Shown: piece after piece, positions 42,537 through 51,080 of the stretch | Position numbering within the stretch: the first letter of the stretch is position 1 | Layout: each line of letters begins with the position of its first letter | Source: Candidatus Omnitrophota bacterium | GTDB taxonomy: Bacteria > Omnitrophota > Gorgyraeia > Gorgyraeales > Gorgyraeaceae | Length of the DNA stretch: 64,000 nt | Assembly (NCBI GenBank): GCA_043814965.1 | Contig: JBDRJN010000032.1 | Span: forward strand, 20,126-84,125 | Direction: 5' to 3' | The notes under the pieces: generated by a model | Seen by the model: the letters and a program-made list of their open reading frames with translations, nothing else | Told to the model about the DNA's origin: nothing | Databases searched by the model: none | Program-made: the position numbers and the translations under genes

Positions 42537-43481
42537 CTAGTCAAACAGGCAGCTTACTGACTCTTCATTATGGATCCTTCTTATAGCCTCCGCCAAAAGA
42601 GGGGCTATAGACAATATCTTTATTTTTTTACTTGAACTCTTCCTGCCTAACGGTATAGTGTTGGTCACGAAGATCTTTTTTATTGGAGAGTCACTTATAC
42701 GAGCCATCGCAGGCCCAGACAAGACAGGATGTGTTATCGCAGCATATACTTCTTTGGCGCCTTTTTTCTTTAAGGCGCACGCTGCTTCTGCCAAGGACCC
42801 TGCGGTTGCTACTATATCGTCTATCAGGAGCACGTTTTTCCTCTTTATCTCGTTCTCCCCTAATATGTTCATAGCCTCCGTTTCCTCGCCGCTGATCCTG
42901 CGTTTATCAACTATAGCCAGAGGCACATCAAGCCTTTTTGCATAAGCCCTGGCCATCTTTATACCTCCTACATCAGGAGATACTACAACTAGGTTTTTAA
43001 ATTTTAACTTGTTTATATAGGTAACAAAAGTATTTACTGCATACAAGTGGTCCAGCGGGATATCAAAAAACCCCTGTATCTGGCCAGCGTGCAGATCAAC
43101 TGTCAATACCCTGTTAGCCCCTGCGGTAGTTATAAGATTTGCTACAAGCTTTGCGGTTATGGGTACTCTTGGCTGGTCTTTTCGATCTTGCCTGGCGTAT
43201 CCAAAATACGGGAGAACCGCTGTTATCCTCTTTGCGGATGCCCTCTTTAGCGCATCTATGAGGATCAAGAGCTCCATTAGATTGTTATTTGCAGGAGGGC
43301 ATGTAGATTGCACTATGAACACATCTTTCCCTCTTATGTTCTCTTCTATCCTCACTCTTGTCTCGCCTTCACTAAAAGCGCCTACAAAAGCCCTACCCAG
43401 AGGCATGTTAAGATATCTGGTGATCTCTTTTGCCAGCTCTGGATTAGAATTGCCTGTAAATATAGCAGCGGTCCTGTTCAT
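42537..43481 (-). CDS. prs: Ribose-phosphate pyrophosphokinase
   Basis: 'PYFGYARQDRK', 'DLHAGQIQGFF', 'DDIVATAGSL'. Confidence 0.99.
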   Translation of the reverse strand: MNRTAAIFTGNSNPELAKEITRYLNMPLGRAFVGAFSEGETRVRIEENIRGKDVFIVQSTCPPANNNLMELLILIDALKRASAKRITAVLPYFGYARQDRKDQPRVPITAKLVANLITTAGANRVLTVDLHAGQIQGFFDIPLDHLYAVNTFVTYINKLKFKNLVVVSPDVGGIKMARAYAKRLDVPLAIVDKRRISGEETEAMNILGENEIKRKNVLLIDDIVATAGSLAEAACALKKKGAKEVYAAITHPVLSGPAMARISDSPIKKIFVTNTIPLGRKSSSKKIKILSIAPLLAEAIRRIHNEESVSCLFD

Positions 43482-43492
43482 AATCTTGCTCC

Positions 43493-44758
43493 TTATTTAT
43501 TTTTATTCTTTTTTAATATTTTTGCGGGTATACCGACTACGGTTTTACCTGCAGGAACGTTCTTATTTTTAGTGATGACACTCCCTGCCCCTGTAGTAGC
43601 GCCCTTGCCTATTTTAACAGGTGCCACTAAAATACTGCCTGAACCAATAAACGCAAAATCATCTATGACAGTTTTATACTTATGGTTTCCATCATAGTTG
43701 GCAACTATAGTACCTGCTCCTATATTGACGGATTTTCCTATTACAGTGTCCCCTAAATAACACTGGTGGCTTATCTTTGTATTGCTTCCTACTCTTGTCC
43801 TGACTAGTTCAGCAAAATTGCCTATTTTTACATTTTTGTCAACTATTGTCCCTGAACGAAGCCTTGCGGATGGGCCTATTTTACACCCTTCGGCTATTTT
43901 AACACCGCTTTCTATAAAAGTATAGGGATATATAATAGTATCTTTTTTGATCTCAACCCCTTCTTCTATATATGTATTTGAAGGGTCTATTATCGTAACG
44001 CCTCCTTCCATAAGGCGTGACTCTATCCTATCCTTCACGATCTGGCCAGCTTTTATTAGATCCTTTCTTGTGTTTATCCCCAAAAACTCCTCTTCGTTAT
44101 CTGTAGAGACTGATTCGATGATACAGCTTGATCTGGACAATATTTCTATAACGTCTGTCAAATAATATTCTTGTTTTTTATTAAAAGGCTTTATCTTGCT
44201 AAGCGCGTCGAAAAGCACGTCCTTCTTGAAGCAATACACCCCCACATTGACCTCTTCTTTTACTTTGTCATAGATCTCCGCGTCTAGCTCTTCGACTATC
44301 TTGACGATCTTATTGTCTCCGGAACGCAAGATCCTACCATATCCAGTGGGATTTTTCAAGCAGCAAGTCAAAAGCGTACAATCTGCATTTCTGGATAGGT
44401 GCTTGTCTATTATTTTCTCTAATATCTCCTTTGTCAAAAGAGGGGTGTCTCCGTAAGACACCAATACAGATTCTATATCCTTATTTTTAAATACAAGCTT
44501 TTTGGCGCTCAAAACAGCATCTCCTGTGCCAAGCATCTCTTTTTGTATGGCGCATTCAAGCCCTGGTAAAGCAGCTTGTACTTCCCTGGCCTTATAGCCC
44601 ACGACCACTACGATATCCTTTATGCCTATTGATCTTATAGTATCTACAGAATACCCTATCATCGGCTTGCCGCATATAGGATGCAATACCTTTGGAAGAT
44701 CGGACTTCATCCTTGTGCCTTCTCCCGCAGCTAAGATAATTGATATAATTTTATTCAT
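43493..44758 (-). CDS. glmU: Bifunctional GlmU
   Basis: 'ILAAGEGTRMKS.LPKVLH', 'YYLTD', hexapeptide C-terminus. Confidence 0.96.
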   Translation of the reverse strand: MNKIISIILAAGEGTRMKSDLPKVLHPICGKPMIGYSVDTIRSIGIKDIVVVVGYKAREVQAALPGLECAIQKEMLGTGDAVLSAKKLVFKNKDIESVLVSYGDTPLLTKEILEKIIDKHLSRNADCTLLTCCLKNPTGYGRILRSGDNKIVKIVEELDAEIYDKVKEEVNVGVYCFKKDVLFDALSKIKPFNKKQEYYLTDVIEILSRSSCIIESVSTDNEEEFLGINTRKDLIKAGQIVKDRIESRLMEGGVTIIDPSNTYIEEGVEIKKDTIIYPYTFIESGVKIAEGCKIGPSARLRSGTIVDKNVKIGNFAELVRTRVGSNTKISHQCYLGDTVIGKSVNIGAGTIVANYDGNHKYKTVIDDFAFIGSGSILVAPVKIGKGATTGAGSVITKNKNVPAGKTVVGIPAKILKKNKNK

Positions 44759-44782
44759 AACCCGTACTCCGTAACCCGAAAT

Positions 44783-44856
44783 TGGCTGCCCGGCTAGGAT
44801 TCGAACCTAGAAACTCAGCTCCAAAAGCTGATGTGTTACCATTACACTACCAGGCA
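44783..44856 (-). tRNA. tRNA-Gln (TTG)
   Basis: Cloverleaf with anticodon arm TCAGC-TT TTG GA-GCTGA, T-loop GTTCGAATC, encoded CCA. Confidence 0.95.
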
Positions 44857-44879
44857 TTATCTAATCAGTCTACACCTAT

Positions 44880-45299
44880 TTAGTATTCTTCGGAAGCCCC
44901 TGAAACTATAGGGCCCTTTTTTCTCTCAGTCTCATAAGCTGCCAATACCTTCTTTTGGATCATATCCCTGCATTCAGCAGTTATAGGATGGGCTATATCC
45001 TTATGCTCTGATTGTCTGGCATCAGCCTGTTCTTCAGGCGTATGGGTCTCTCTTTGGGTAACCGGCAAGCCTGCCCCGCAAACATTGCAAAACTTGCTCC
45101 TGACTTCATTCTTGTGAGAACATTTTGGGCAAGCATATTTCATCTTCCTGGACGGCATCGCTACAAAAAGACCACCTTTTCCTTCTATGATCTTGATGTT
45201 CCTGACAACAAAAACATTGTCTATGGTTATAGTAGCATATGCCTTTAGCTTGTTGTTCAACCCTTCCTTAGGAAATATCCTGATCTCGGTTATCTCCAT
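44880..45299 (-). CDS. spoVG: SpoVG-family nucleic-acid-binding protein with a Cys4 insertion
   Basis: 'MEITEIRI', 'GLFVAMPSRK', 'DIAHPI' plus inserted CPKC...CNVC. Confidence 0.92.
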   Translation of the reverse strand: MEITEIRIFPKEGLNNKLKAYATITIDNVFVVRNIKIIEGKGGLFVAMPSRKMKYACPKCSHKNEVRSKFCNVCGAGLPVTQRETHTPEEQADARQSEHKDIAHPITAECRDMIQKKVLAAYETERKKGPIVSGASEEY

Positions 45300-46170
45300 A
45301 GATGCCTCCTTTGTAAGTTGTAGCCACTAATACATCCAAAGTTGTTTCATTAGATAATCGCTTTGATATACCAAGCGCCTTCTCTCTTTGCGTAACTGTA
45401 CAAAAAACCGAAGGCCCGCTCCCGGATAAGTGCCCGGGAGTATGAGCTACGTTCAAAAATAATGACTTTATCTCACAAACTTTTTCTCTGTAAACACCCA
45501 AAGACCCTTCAAAAGAATTAAAATAATTTTCATTTACTAAAGATATATCTTTTTTTTTCAAAGCATCCGCTAGCTTGTCAATATCTTTTCTATCAACTGC
45601 TTTTTCAGAGTCATCAAACCTTTCGTATGCCTCAGCGGTTGATATAGAAATATCTGGTTTTATGATCACATGGGATAATGTGTGGCCTATATCTAATGGC
45701 TCCAGGATCTCTCCTGTTCCGCTGCCCATGGCAAACGGATAGTCCATCATAAAAAATGGTACGTCCTTTCCTAAACTTCCTGCTATTGAAAAAAGCCTGT
45801 CTTCCGGAATGCCTAGTTTGAGTATTTTATTGATTGATCTCAACGCTGTGGCTGCATCGCTAGAGCCTCCGCCCAGTCCAGCTGAAACAGGGATATTCTT
45901 TTTAATATCTATTTCCAGGCCTATATCGACTCCTGCCTCTTTCAATAATATACTAGCGGCCTTGTAGACAATATTATCTTTTCCCCCAGGGCATGTAGGC
46001 GGTATCACATTTACTTTGATGCTATTGCCTTTTACTCTGATAAAAATCTCGTCTAAAAGGTCTATTTTTTCAAAGAGCGTTTTTATATTATGAAAACCAT
46101 CCAGCCTTTTCTCTAAAACATCAAGATATAAGTTCAGTTTCGCTGGTGCGTATAATTTTATCGCTTGCAT
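45268..46170 (-). CDS. ispE: 4-diphosphocytidyl-2C-methyl-D-erythritol kinase
   Basis: 'APAKLNLYL', 'KNIPVSAGLGGGSSDAA', 'SGSGPSVF'. Confidence 0.97.
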   Translation of the reverse strand: MQAIKLYAPAKLNLYLDVLEKRLDGFHNIKTLFEKIDLLDEIFIRVKGNSIKVNVIPPTCPGGKDNIVYKAASILLKEAGVDIGLEIDIKKNIPVSAGLGGGSSDAATALRSINKILKLGIPEDRLFSIAGSLGKDVPFFMMDYPFAMGSGTGEILEPLDIGHTLSHVIIKPDISISTAEAYERFDDSEKAVDRKDIDKLADALKKKDISLVNENYFNSFEGSLGVYREKVCEIKSLFLNVAHTPGHLSGSGPSVFCTVTQREKALGISKRLSNETTLDVLVATTYKGGIYGDNRDQDIS

Positions 46171-47105
46171 CCTTTTCTCTTTATAACACGCTTTGCTGCT
46201 TCTTTTATATCTTCTGCTGTAAGGCCGAACAGTTTGAAAAGTTCTTTTGCTGAACCAGATTCCCCGAACTTGTCTTTCACTCCAATAAATTCGATCGGTA
46301 CAGGATAGTTCTCGGCCAAGATCTCGCTTACAATGCTGCCAAGCCCTCCGAACACCGAATGCTCTTCCGCAGTCACTATGGCATTAGTCTCTCTTGCGGC
46401 CTTGATCACAGCTTCTTTATCGATCGGCTTGAGAGTGTGTATATTTATAACCTTGCTGGAAATACCTTCTTTTTTCAATAGATCATGCGCCATCAATGCC
46501 TCGCATACCTCATTGCCGCAAGCCATAATAGTCACGTCTTCCCCTTCTCTCAATATATATGCCTTTCCTATTTCAAAAGGGTCTTCTGGTCTTGTGAGAA
46601 CAGGGCTTCCGCTCCTGCCGAGCCTTATATAGACCGGGCCATTATGCGAAGCGCATTTAATGGTCGCCTTTTTAGCCTCCAGCCAATCGCAAGGGACAAT
46701 GACAGTCATATTCGGCAAAACTCTCATAAGCGCTACTTCTTCTATTGCCTGATGAGTAGGGCCATCCGGGCCTACAGATATGCCGCCATGGGTACCTATG
46801 ATCTTCACATTTAGATTCATATAAGCTACTGAAACCCTTATCTGGTCCCAGGCCCTTCCTGCCGCAAAGACACCGAATGTGCACGCAAAAGGGGTCTTTC
46901 CGGAAAGCGCAAGGCCGCTAGCCGTAGATATCATGTCCTGCTCGCTTACTCCCATAGAAAAAAATCTCTCTGGAAACTTATCCTTAAACCATCCTGCCCT
47001 TGTAGATTCTGTCAGATCTGCCGAAAGGACAACTATATCTTGCCTCTTTTCTCCTAATTCTACAACCCCTTCGCCAAAACCATCTCTTGTCGGTCTATCA
47101 GTCAT
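46158..47105 (-). CDS. Transketolase C-terminal subunit
   Basis: 'TRDGFG', 'GVSEQ', 'GPDGPTHQ', 'EEH...GGLG'. Confidence 0.95.
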   Translation of the reverse strand: MTDRPTRDGFGEGVVELGEKRQDIVVLSADLTESTRAGWFKDKFPERFFSMGVSEQDMISTASGLALSGKTPFACTFGVFAAGRAWDQIRVSVAYMNLNVKIIGTHGGISVGPDGPTHQAIEEVALMRVLPNMTVIVPCDWLEAKKATIKCASHNGPVYIRLGRSGSPVLTRPEDPFEIGKAYILREGEDVTIMACGNEVCEALMAHDLLKKEGISSKVINIHTLKPIDKEAVIKAARETNAIVTAEEHSVFGGLGSIVSEILAENYPVPIEFIGVKDKFGESGSAKELFKLFGLTAEDIKEAAKRVIKRKGCKR

Positions 47106-47106
47106 A

Positions 47107-47937
47107 TTAGCAACCTGTCTTTTCGAGTTCTTTCAGTGCCTTCTGTAGCTCTTCATCCGTAGGAGCCATACCATGGAACCTATTACAATTTTCAATAAAA
47201 GATACCCCTTTACCTTTTACAGTATGAGCAAGTATTACAGTAGGCTGCCCTTTTATGGTATCAGCCTTGTCATACGCGCTCATCACCTCTTTCAAGTTGT
47301 GTCCGTCTATCTCTATGACATGCCAGCCGAATGCCTTCCACTTTTCATCAAGCGGCTCTATATTTTTTACTTCTTCTGTTCTCCCATCTATCTGAAACTT
47401 ATTGAAATCCACTATACCGCATACATTGTCAAGCTTATAATGAGCCGCTGTCATGGCAGCTTCCCATATCTGCCCTTCGTCCAACTCCCCGTCGCCCATA
47501 GCACAATATACCTTTTTTGTTTCTTTGTTCAATCTCGCGCCTAAAGCAAAACCATTGGCAATAGAAAGCCCCTGCCCCAAAGAACCGCTTGAAACCTCTA
47601 TGCCTGGAAGCCCTCTTTGTGGATGGCCCTGAAGCCGAGTGCCCAACTTTCTTAACGTACAGAGTTCTTTCTTGCCAAAAAAATTCATATGCGCGAGTGT
47701 CGCGTACAACGCAGGACAGCCATGGCCTTTTGATAGAATAAATATGTCCCGCGTATTGCACAAGGGTTTATCCGGCTCGCATTTAAATTTATAAAAATAA
47801 AGTCCTACCAGTATCTCTACAAGAGAAAGCGATCCCCCCGTGTGCCCAGAACCAGCACAGTTAAGCATCTTAAGTATATCTATCCTTATCTCTCTTGCTA
47901 TATTTTCTAAAGTCTTCGTGGATGGGCTTGTTTTCAT
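47107..47937 (-). CDS. Transketolase N-terminal subunit
   Basis: 'GHTGGSLS', 'LSKGH', 'GSLGQG', TPP motif 'GDGELDEGQIWEA'. Confidence 0.95.
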   Translation of the reverse strand: MKTSPSTKTLENIAREIRIDILKMLNCAGSGHTGGSLSLVEILVGLYFYKFKCEPDKPLCNTRDIFILSKGHGCPALYATLAHMNFFGKKELCTLRKLGTRLQGHPQRGLPGIEVSSGSLGQGLSIANGFALGARLNKETKKVYCAMGDGELDEGQIWEAAMTAAHYKLDNVCGIVDFNKFQIDGRTEEVKNIEPLDEKWKAFGWHVIEIDGHNLKEVMSAYDKADTIKGQPTVILAHTVKGKGVSFIENCNRFHGMAPTDEELQKALKELEKTGC

Positions 47938-49505
47938 TTTTTATCCATTCTTGATTGTTCATCCTGTTTTAAATCTTCTAATTTTTTCTTTACCTCTTCT
48001 CTATTGTTCAGCGCAAAAGATATGGCCCAAGCCTCTTCTGCTTTTTCAAATTCTCCGGTCTTACAATATACATCTCCGAGATGCTCGTATATTATGGGGT
48101 CATTGTTCAACAACTCTCTCGCCTTTTCCAGCTTTTCTTTGGCTTCTTTGAACATGCTTTTTCTAAAATAAACCCAGCCAAGGCTATCTATATAAGCAGC
48201 ATTTTCAGGGTCTAGCTTTAAGGCCTTTTGTATAAGGTCATGGGCCTCGTCTAGATTGATATTTTCCTCCGAATATATATAACCAAGATAATTCAATGCC
48301 TCAGCATCATCCGGGTTCAGCTCTACAGATCTTTTTAAATTTGTTATAGCTTCTTTTCTTTGCTCAGTATCTTCCAGCATTGCCCCTAGATAGAAATAAG
48401 CCTTTCCATTAAACGGGTCTATCTCTATGCTTTTTTTATACTCTTCTATAGCCTTGTTCTTATCGTCCTTCTCGCTATAACAAAACCCTAGCGCCATATA
48501 TATGTCTTCTCTCCTCTTACCTAAGATCAATGCCTCTTCCAGCGTAGCTATCGCATCATCTATCCTGGAACCAGCGACATACATATAACTAAGTTCTATA
48601 TAAGGCACTACTTCTTCAGGGTCGGACTTTAATAGTTTTTTATACTGGAAGATCGCCTCTTCCATATCATCCATGCGAAAATATAACTGGCCCAACTGCC
48701 TATGAAGTTTTGTATTAGCAGGGTCTAGTTTCAAGGATTCCTGGTAATACTTGGCTGCGTCTTCTAGGTCATTGTTCAATTCACTCAACACTGCCAATGC
48801 TAAGATAGCCTCCAAATAATCAGGCTTTAGCTCAGTTGCTTTCTTGAGTTCTTTTATGGCATCCGGCATCTTAGATGCCCTTGCATAAATAATCGCTAAA
48901 TTAAAATGAAGAAGCGGGGAATCCTCTTTCCCGCTTATAAGTTTTTTGTATACCTCTATGGCCTTGTCTAAGTCATCCCCTAATATATATATATCGGCTA
49001 GAGAAGTTACAGCTGCAAGATCTCCTGGGTCTTTCTTTAAGATCTCTTCATATTCCCTTGCAGCCTTATCGTATTCTCCTTTAGAGCTATATATAAGGGC
49101 TAGGACAAGTCTTGCTCTTGAATGCTGAGGGTCAAGTTCGACTGCCTTTTTAAGCTCTAGCTCTGATTCATCTAGTTTGCCTAATTTAACGTATGAGGCA
49201 CCCAATTTGTAACGCAAAAAAGCTGAGGCGGGGTCAAGTTCGACTGCCTTGAGATATTCCCCTAAAGCATCTTTAGATTTGCCTTCGTTATCATACACCA
49301 TACCCATTGAATAATGGGCATAGGCCTTAGGAGATACTGGAGGAAAATCTTTGCTTTCTTCTGCTATCTTTAAGATCTCTCTACTGGAGGGGCCTTTTAT
49401 TGTCGAGTGCTTTTTAAGCCCAGCATTAGATGCACAGCCCCATATTCCTAAAGCTAAAATTCCAATTAAAACTAAGGTCTTAAGCTGTCTTGAAGTCATC
49501 GCCAC
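47934..49505 (-). CDS. TPR-repeat lipoprotein
   Basis: Lipobox-like 'IWGC', many TPR repeats, 'ALNYLGY', 'DSLGWVYF'. Confidence 0.9.
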   Translation of the reverse strand: MAMTSRQLKTLVLIGILALGIWGCASNAGLKKHSTIKGPSSREILKIAEESKDFPPVSPKAYAHYSMGMVYDNEGKSKDALGEYLKAVELDPASAFLRYKLGASYVKLGKLDESELELKKAVELDPQHSRARLVLALIYSSKGEYDKAAREYEEILKKDPGDLAAVTSLADIYILGDDLDKAIEVYKKLISGKEDSPLLHFNLAIIYARASKMPDAIKELKKATELKPDYLEAILALAVLSELNNDLEDAAKYYQESLKLDPANTKLHRQLGQLYFRMDDMEEAIFQYKKLLKSDPEEVVPYIELSYMYVAGSRIDDAIATLEEALILGKRREDIYMALGFCYSEKDDKNKAIEEYKKSIEIDPFNGKAYFYLGAMLEDTEQRKEAITNLKRSVELNPDDAEALNYLGYIYSEENINLDEAHDLIQKALKLDPENAAYIDSLGWVYFRKSMFKEAKEKLEKARELLNNDPIIYEHLGDVYCKTGEFEKAEEAWAISFALNNREEVKKKLEDLKQDEQSRMDKK

Positions 49506-49541
49506 TGATGAAGATAAACCAAGATATTATCTTAGGTTACC

Positions 49542-49637
49542 CTATCGTTCTTTCTTCTTGTGTCTATCTCTTCTGCGTCTCTTCTTTCTCTTATGAGTAG
49601 AGATCTTTCTTCTTTTTCTTTTACGCCCGCAAGGCAT
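49542..49637 (-). CDS. Small basic AURKAIP1/COX24-domain (bS22/mS38-like) protein, 31 aa
   Basis: AGGAGG-7nt-ATG; MPCGRKRKRRKISTHKRKKRRRRDRHKKKER; not in the ORF track. Confidence 0.85.
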   Translation of the reverse strand: MPCGRKRKRRKISTHKRKKRRRRDRHKKKER

Positions 49638-49659
49638 ATTGATACCTCCTAAAACTTCT

Positions 49660-50532
49660 TCAACAAATAACTTTATTTAATGGGTACTCTATTATCCCTT
49701 GAGCACCTTGTTGTTTTAATTTGGGTATGATGGTCCTGACTATTGATTCGTCGACGATAGTCTCTATCGCGCACCAACCCTTTTGTGAAAGCTTTGATAT
49801 GGTAGGTTTTTTCATGGCAGGGAGGTTTGATATGAGCTTTTTAAGGTTCTTCTCCTCGATATTCATCTTAAGCCCGACTTTTTCTTCTGCCTGCAAGGCC
49901 CCCTGCAATAATAGAGCTATTTGTTCGATCTTTTGTCTCTTCCACTTATCCTTAAAGCTTTCCTTGTTGGCTACCATGAGTGTCGTGGATTCGCACAGAG
50001 TATCGACTATACGGAGATTGTTCGCCCGCAAGCTCGCCCCTGTCTCAGTAAGCTCTACTATCGCATCCACCAGCCCTGCTGAGACTTTTGCCTCGGTAGC
50101 GCCCCAGCTGAATTCTATATCAACGTCTATTTTTTTCTTCTTAAAATACTCTCTTGTAACATTTACAAGTTCTGTTGCTATACGTTTTCCCTGAAGGTCC
50201 TTTGGGGTCTTTATCTTTGAATCATTCGGCACTGCGAGTACCCATCGGACCGGCCTCAAACCTTGTTTTCCGTAAACAAGCTGGCAGACTTTTACAACGC
50301 TCCTGCCGCTTTCGTTGGTCCAGTCTTCTCCTGTGATCCCGCAGTCAAGCGCGCCATCAGCTACATATCGCGCCATCTCCTGCGCCCTCAAAAGGAATGG
50401 CTTGATCTCGTCATCATCTATTAATGGAAAATAACTCCTGGAGGATATAGATACATTAAACCCTGCTTTTTTAAACATTCTGCAAGTAGCCTCTTCCAGG
50501 CTACCCTTAGGAAGACCAAGTTTTAAACTCAT
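49660..50532 (-). CDS. hisG: ATP phosphoribosyltransferase (long form)
   Basis: 'LGLPKGSL', 'DCGITGED', 'GATE', 'ETGASLRAN' and a C-terminal regulatory domain. Confidence 0.97.
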   Translation of the reverse strand: MSLKLGLPKGSLEEATCRMFKKAGFNVSISSRSYFPLIDDDEIKPFLLRAQEMARYVADGALDCGITGEDWTNESGRSVVKVCQLVYGKQGLRPVRWVLAVPNDSKIKTPKDLQGKRIATELVNVTREYFKKKKIDVDIEFSWGATEAKVSAGLVDAIVELTETGASLRANNLRIVDTLCESTTLMVANKESFKDKWKRQKIEQIALLLQGALQAEEKVGLKMNIEEKNLKKLISNLPAMKKPTISKLSQKGWCAIETIVDESIVRTIIPKLKQQGAQGIIEYPLNKVIC

Positions 50533-50650
50533 CTTTTAAGTCCTTTTTCTTATTCTTTCTAGAATATAGTTTTTTGCTCTTCTTGACCCTTGTCTTAGGG
50601 TCTATGGACCAAGACCTGCGTATTTTTACTGGCCTTGCCTTTTTTACCAT
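50507..50650 (-). CDS. Small basic hypothetical protein, 47 aa
   Basis: [47 protein letters not shown]; preceded by TTTACA-17-TATAAT; overlaps the hisG start. Confidence 0.6.
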   Translation of the reverse strand: MVKKARPVKIRRSWSIDPKTRVKKSKKLYSRKNKKKDLKDEFKTWSS

Positions 50651-50715
50651 AGCGAAGCTATTATACAGGTAAGGTATTGTTTTGTAAAGTGGAAATTTTA
50701 AGGGGTGTTTTCCAC

Positions 50716-50747
50716 AATGTAGGGGAGCCTTAAGGCTCCCCTACATT
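50716..50747. repeat. Perfect palindrome (GTAG-type REP-like or terminator)
   Basis: AATGTAGGGGAGCCT-TA-AGGCTCCCCTACATT. Confidence 0.6.
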
Positions 50748-50927
50748 TTTCGGTAAGTATTACCTGCTTTTTCTAAGCTTACGCTCTTGTGTTCTTAGTT
50801 TTTTCTTGATTATCTTTAATAAAAGGTAGGCCCTGACTTTACTTATCCTAAAAAATTTATGTTGTTGTTTCTTTGGTTGTAGAGCTGGCATTTATATTTT
50901 TTATACTATCCTTTTGTATTGTACGTC

Positions 50928-51005
50928 TGGCGTCCCCAACCGGATTCGAACCGGTGTCGTCAGATCGAAAATCTGATGTCCTAGGCCAGACTAGACGATG
51001 GGGAC
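50928..51005 (-). tRNA. tRNA-Glu (TTC)
   Basis: Acceptor GTCCCCA/TGGGGAC, anticodon arm TCAGA-TT TTC GA-TCTGA, GTTCGAATC, encoded CCA. Confidence 0.93.
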
Positions 51006-51080
51006 GCATAGCGTAGGGGACACTTTAGTGTCCCAAAACATATTTAATAAGTCTATATTTTAAAGATCTATTTGTCAGAG

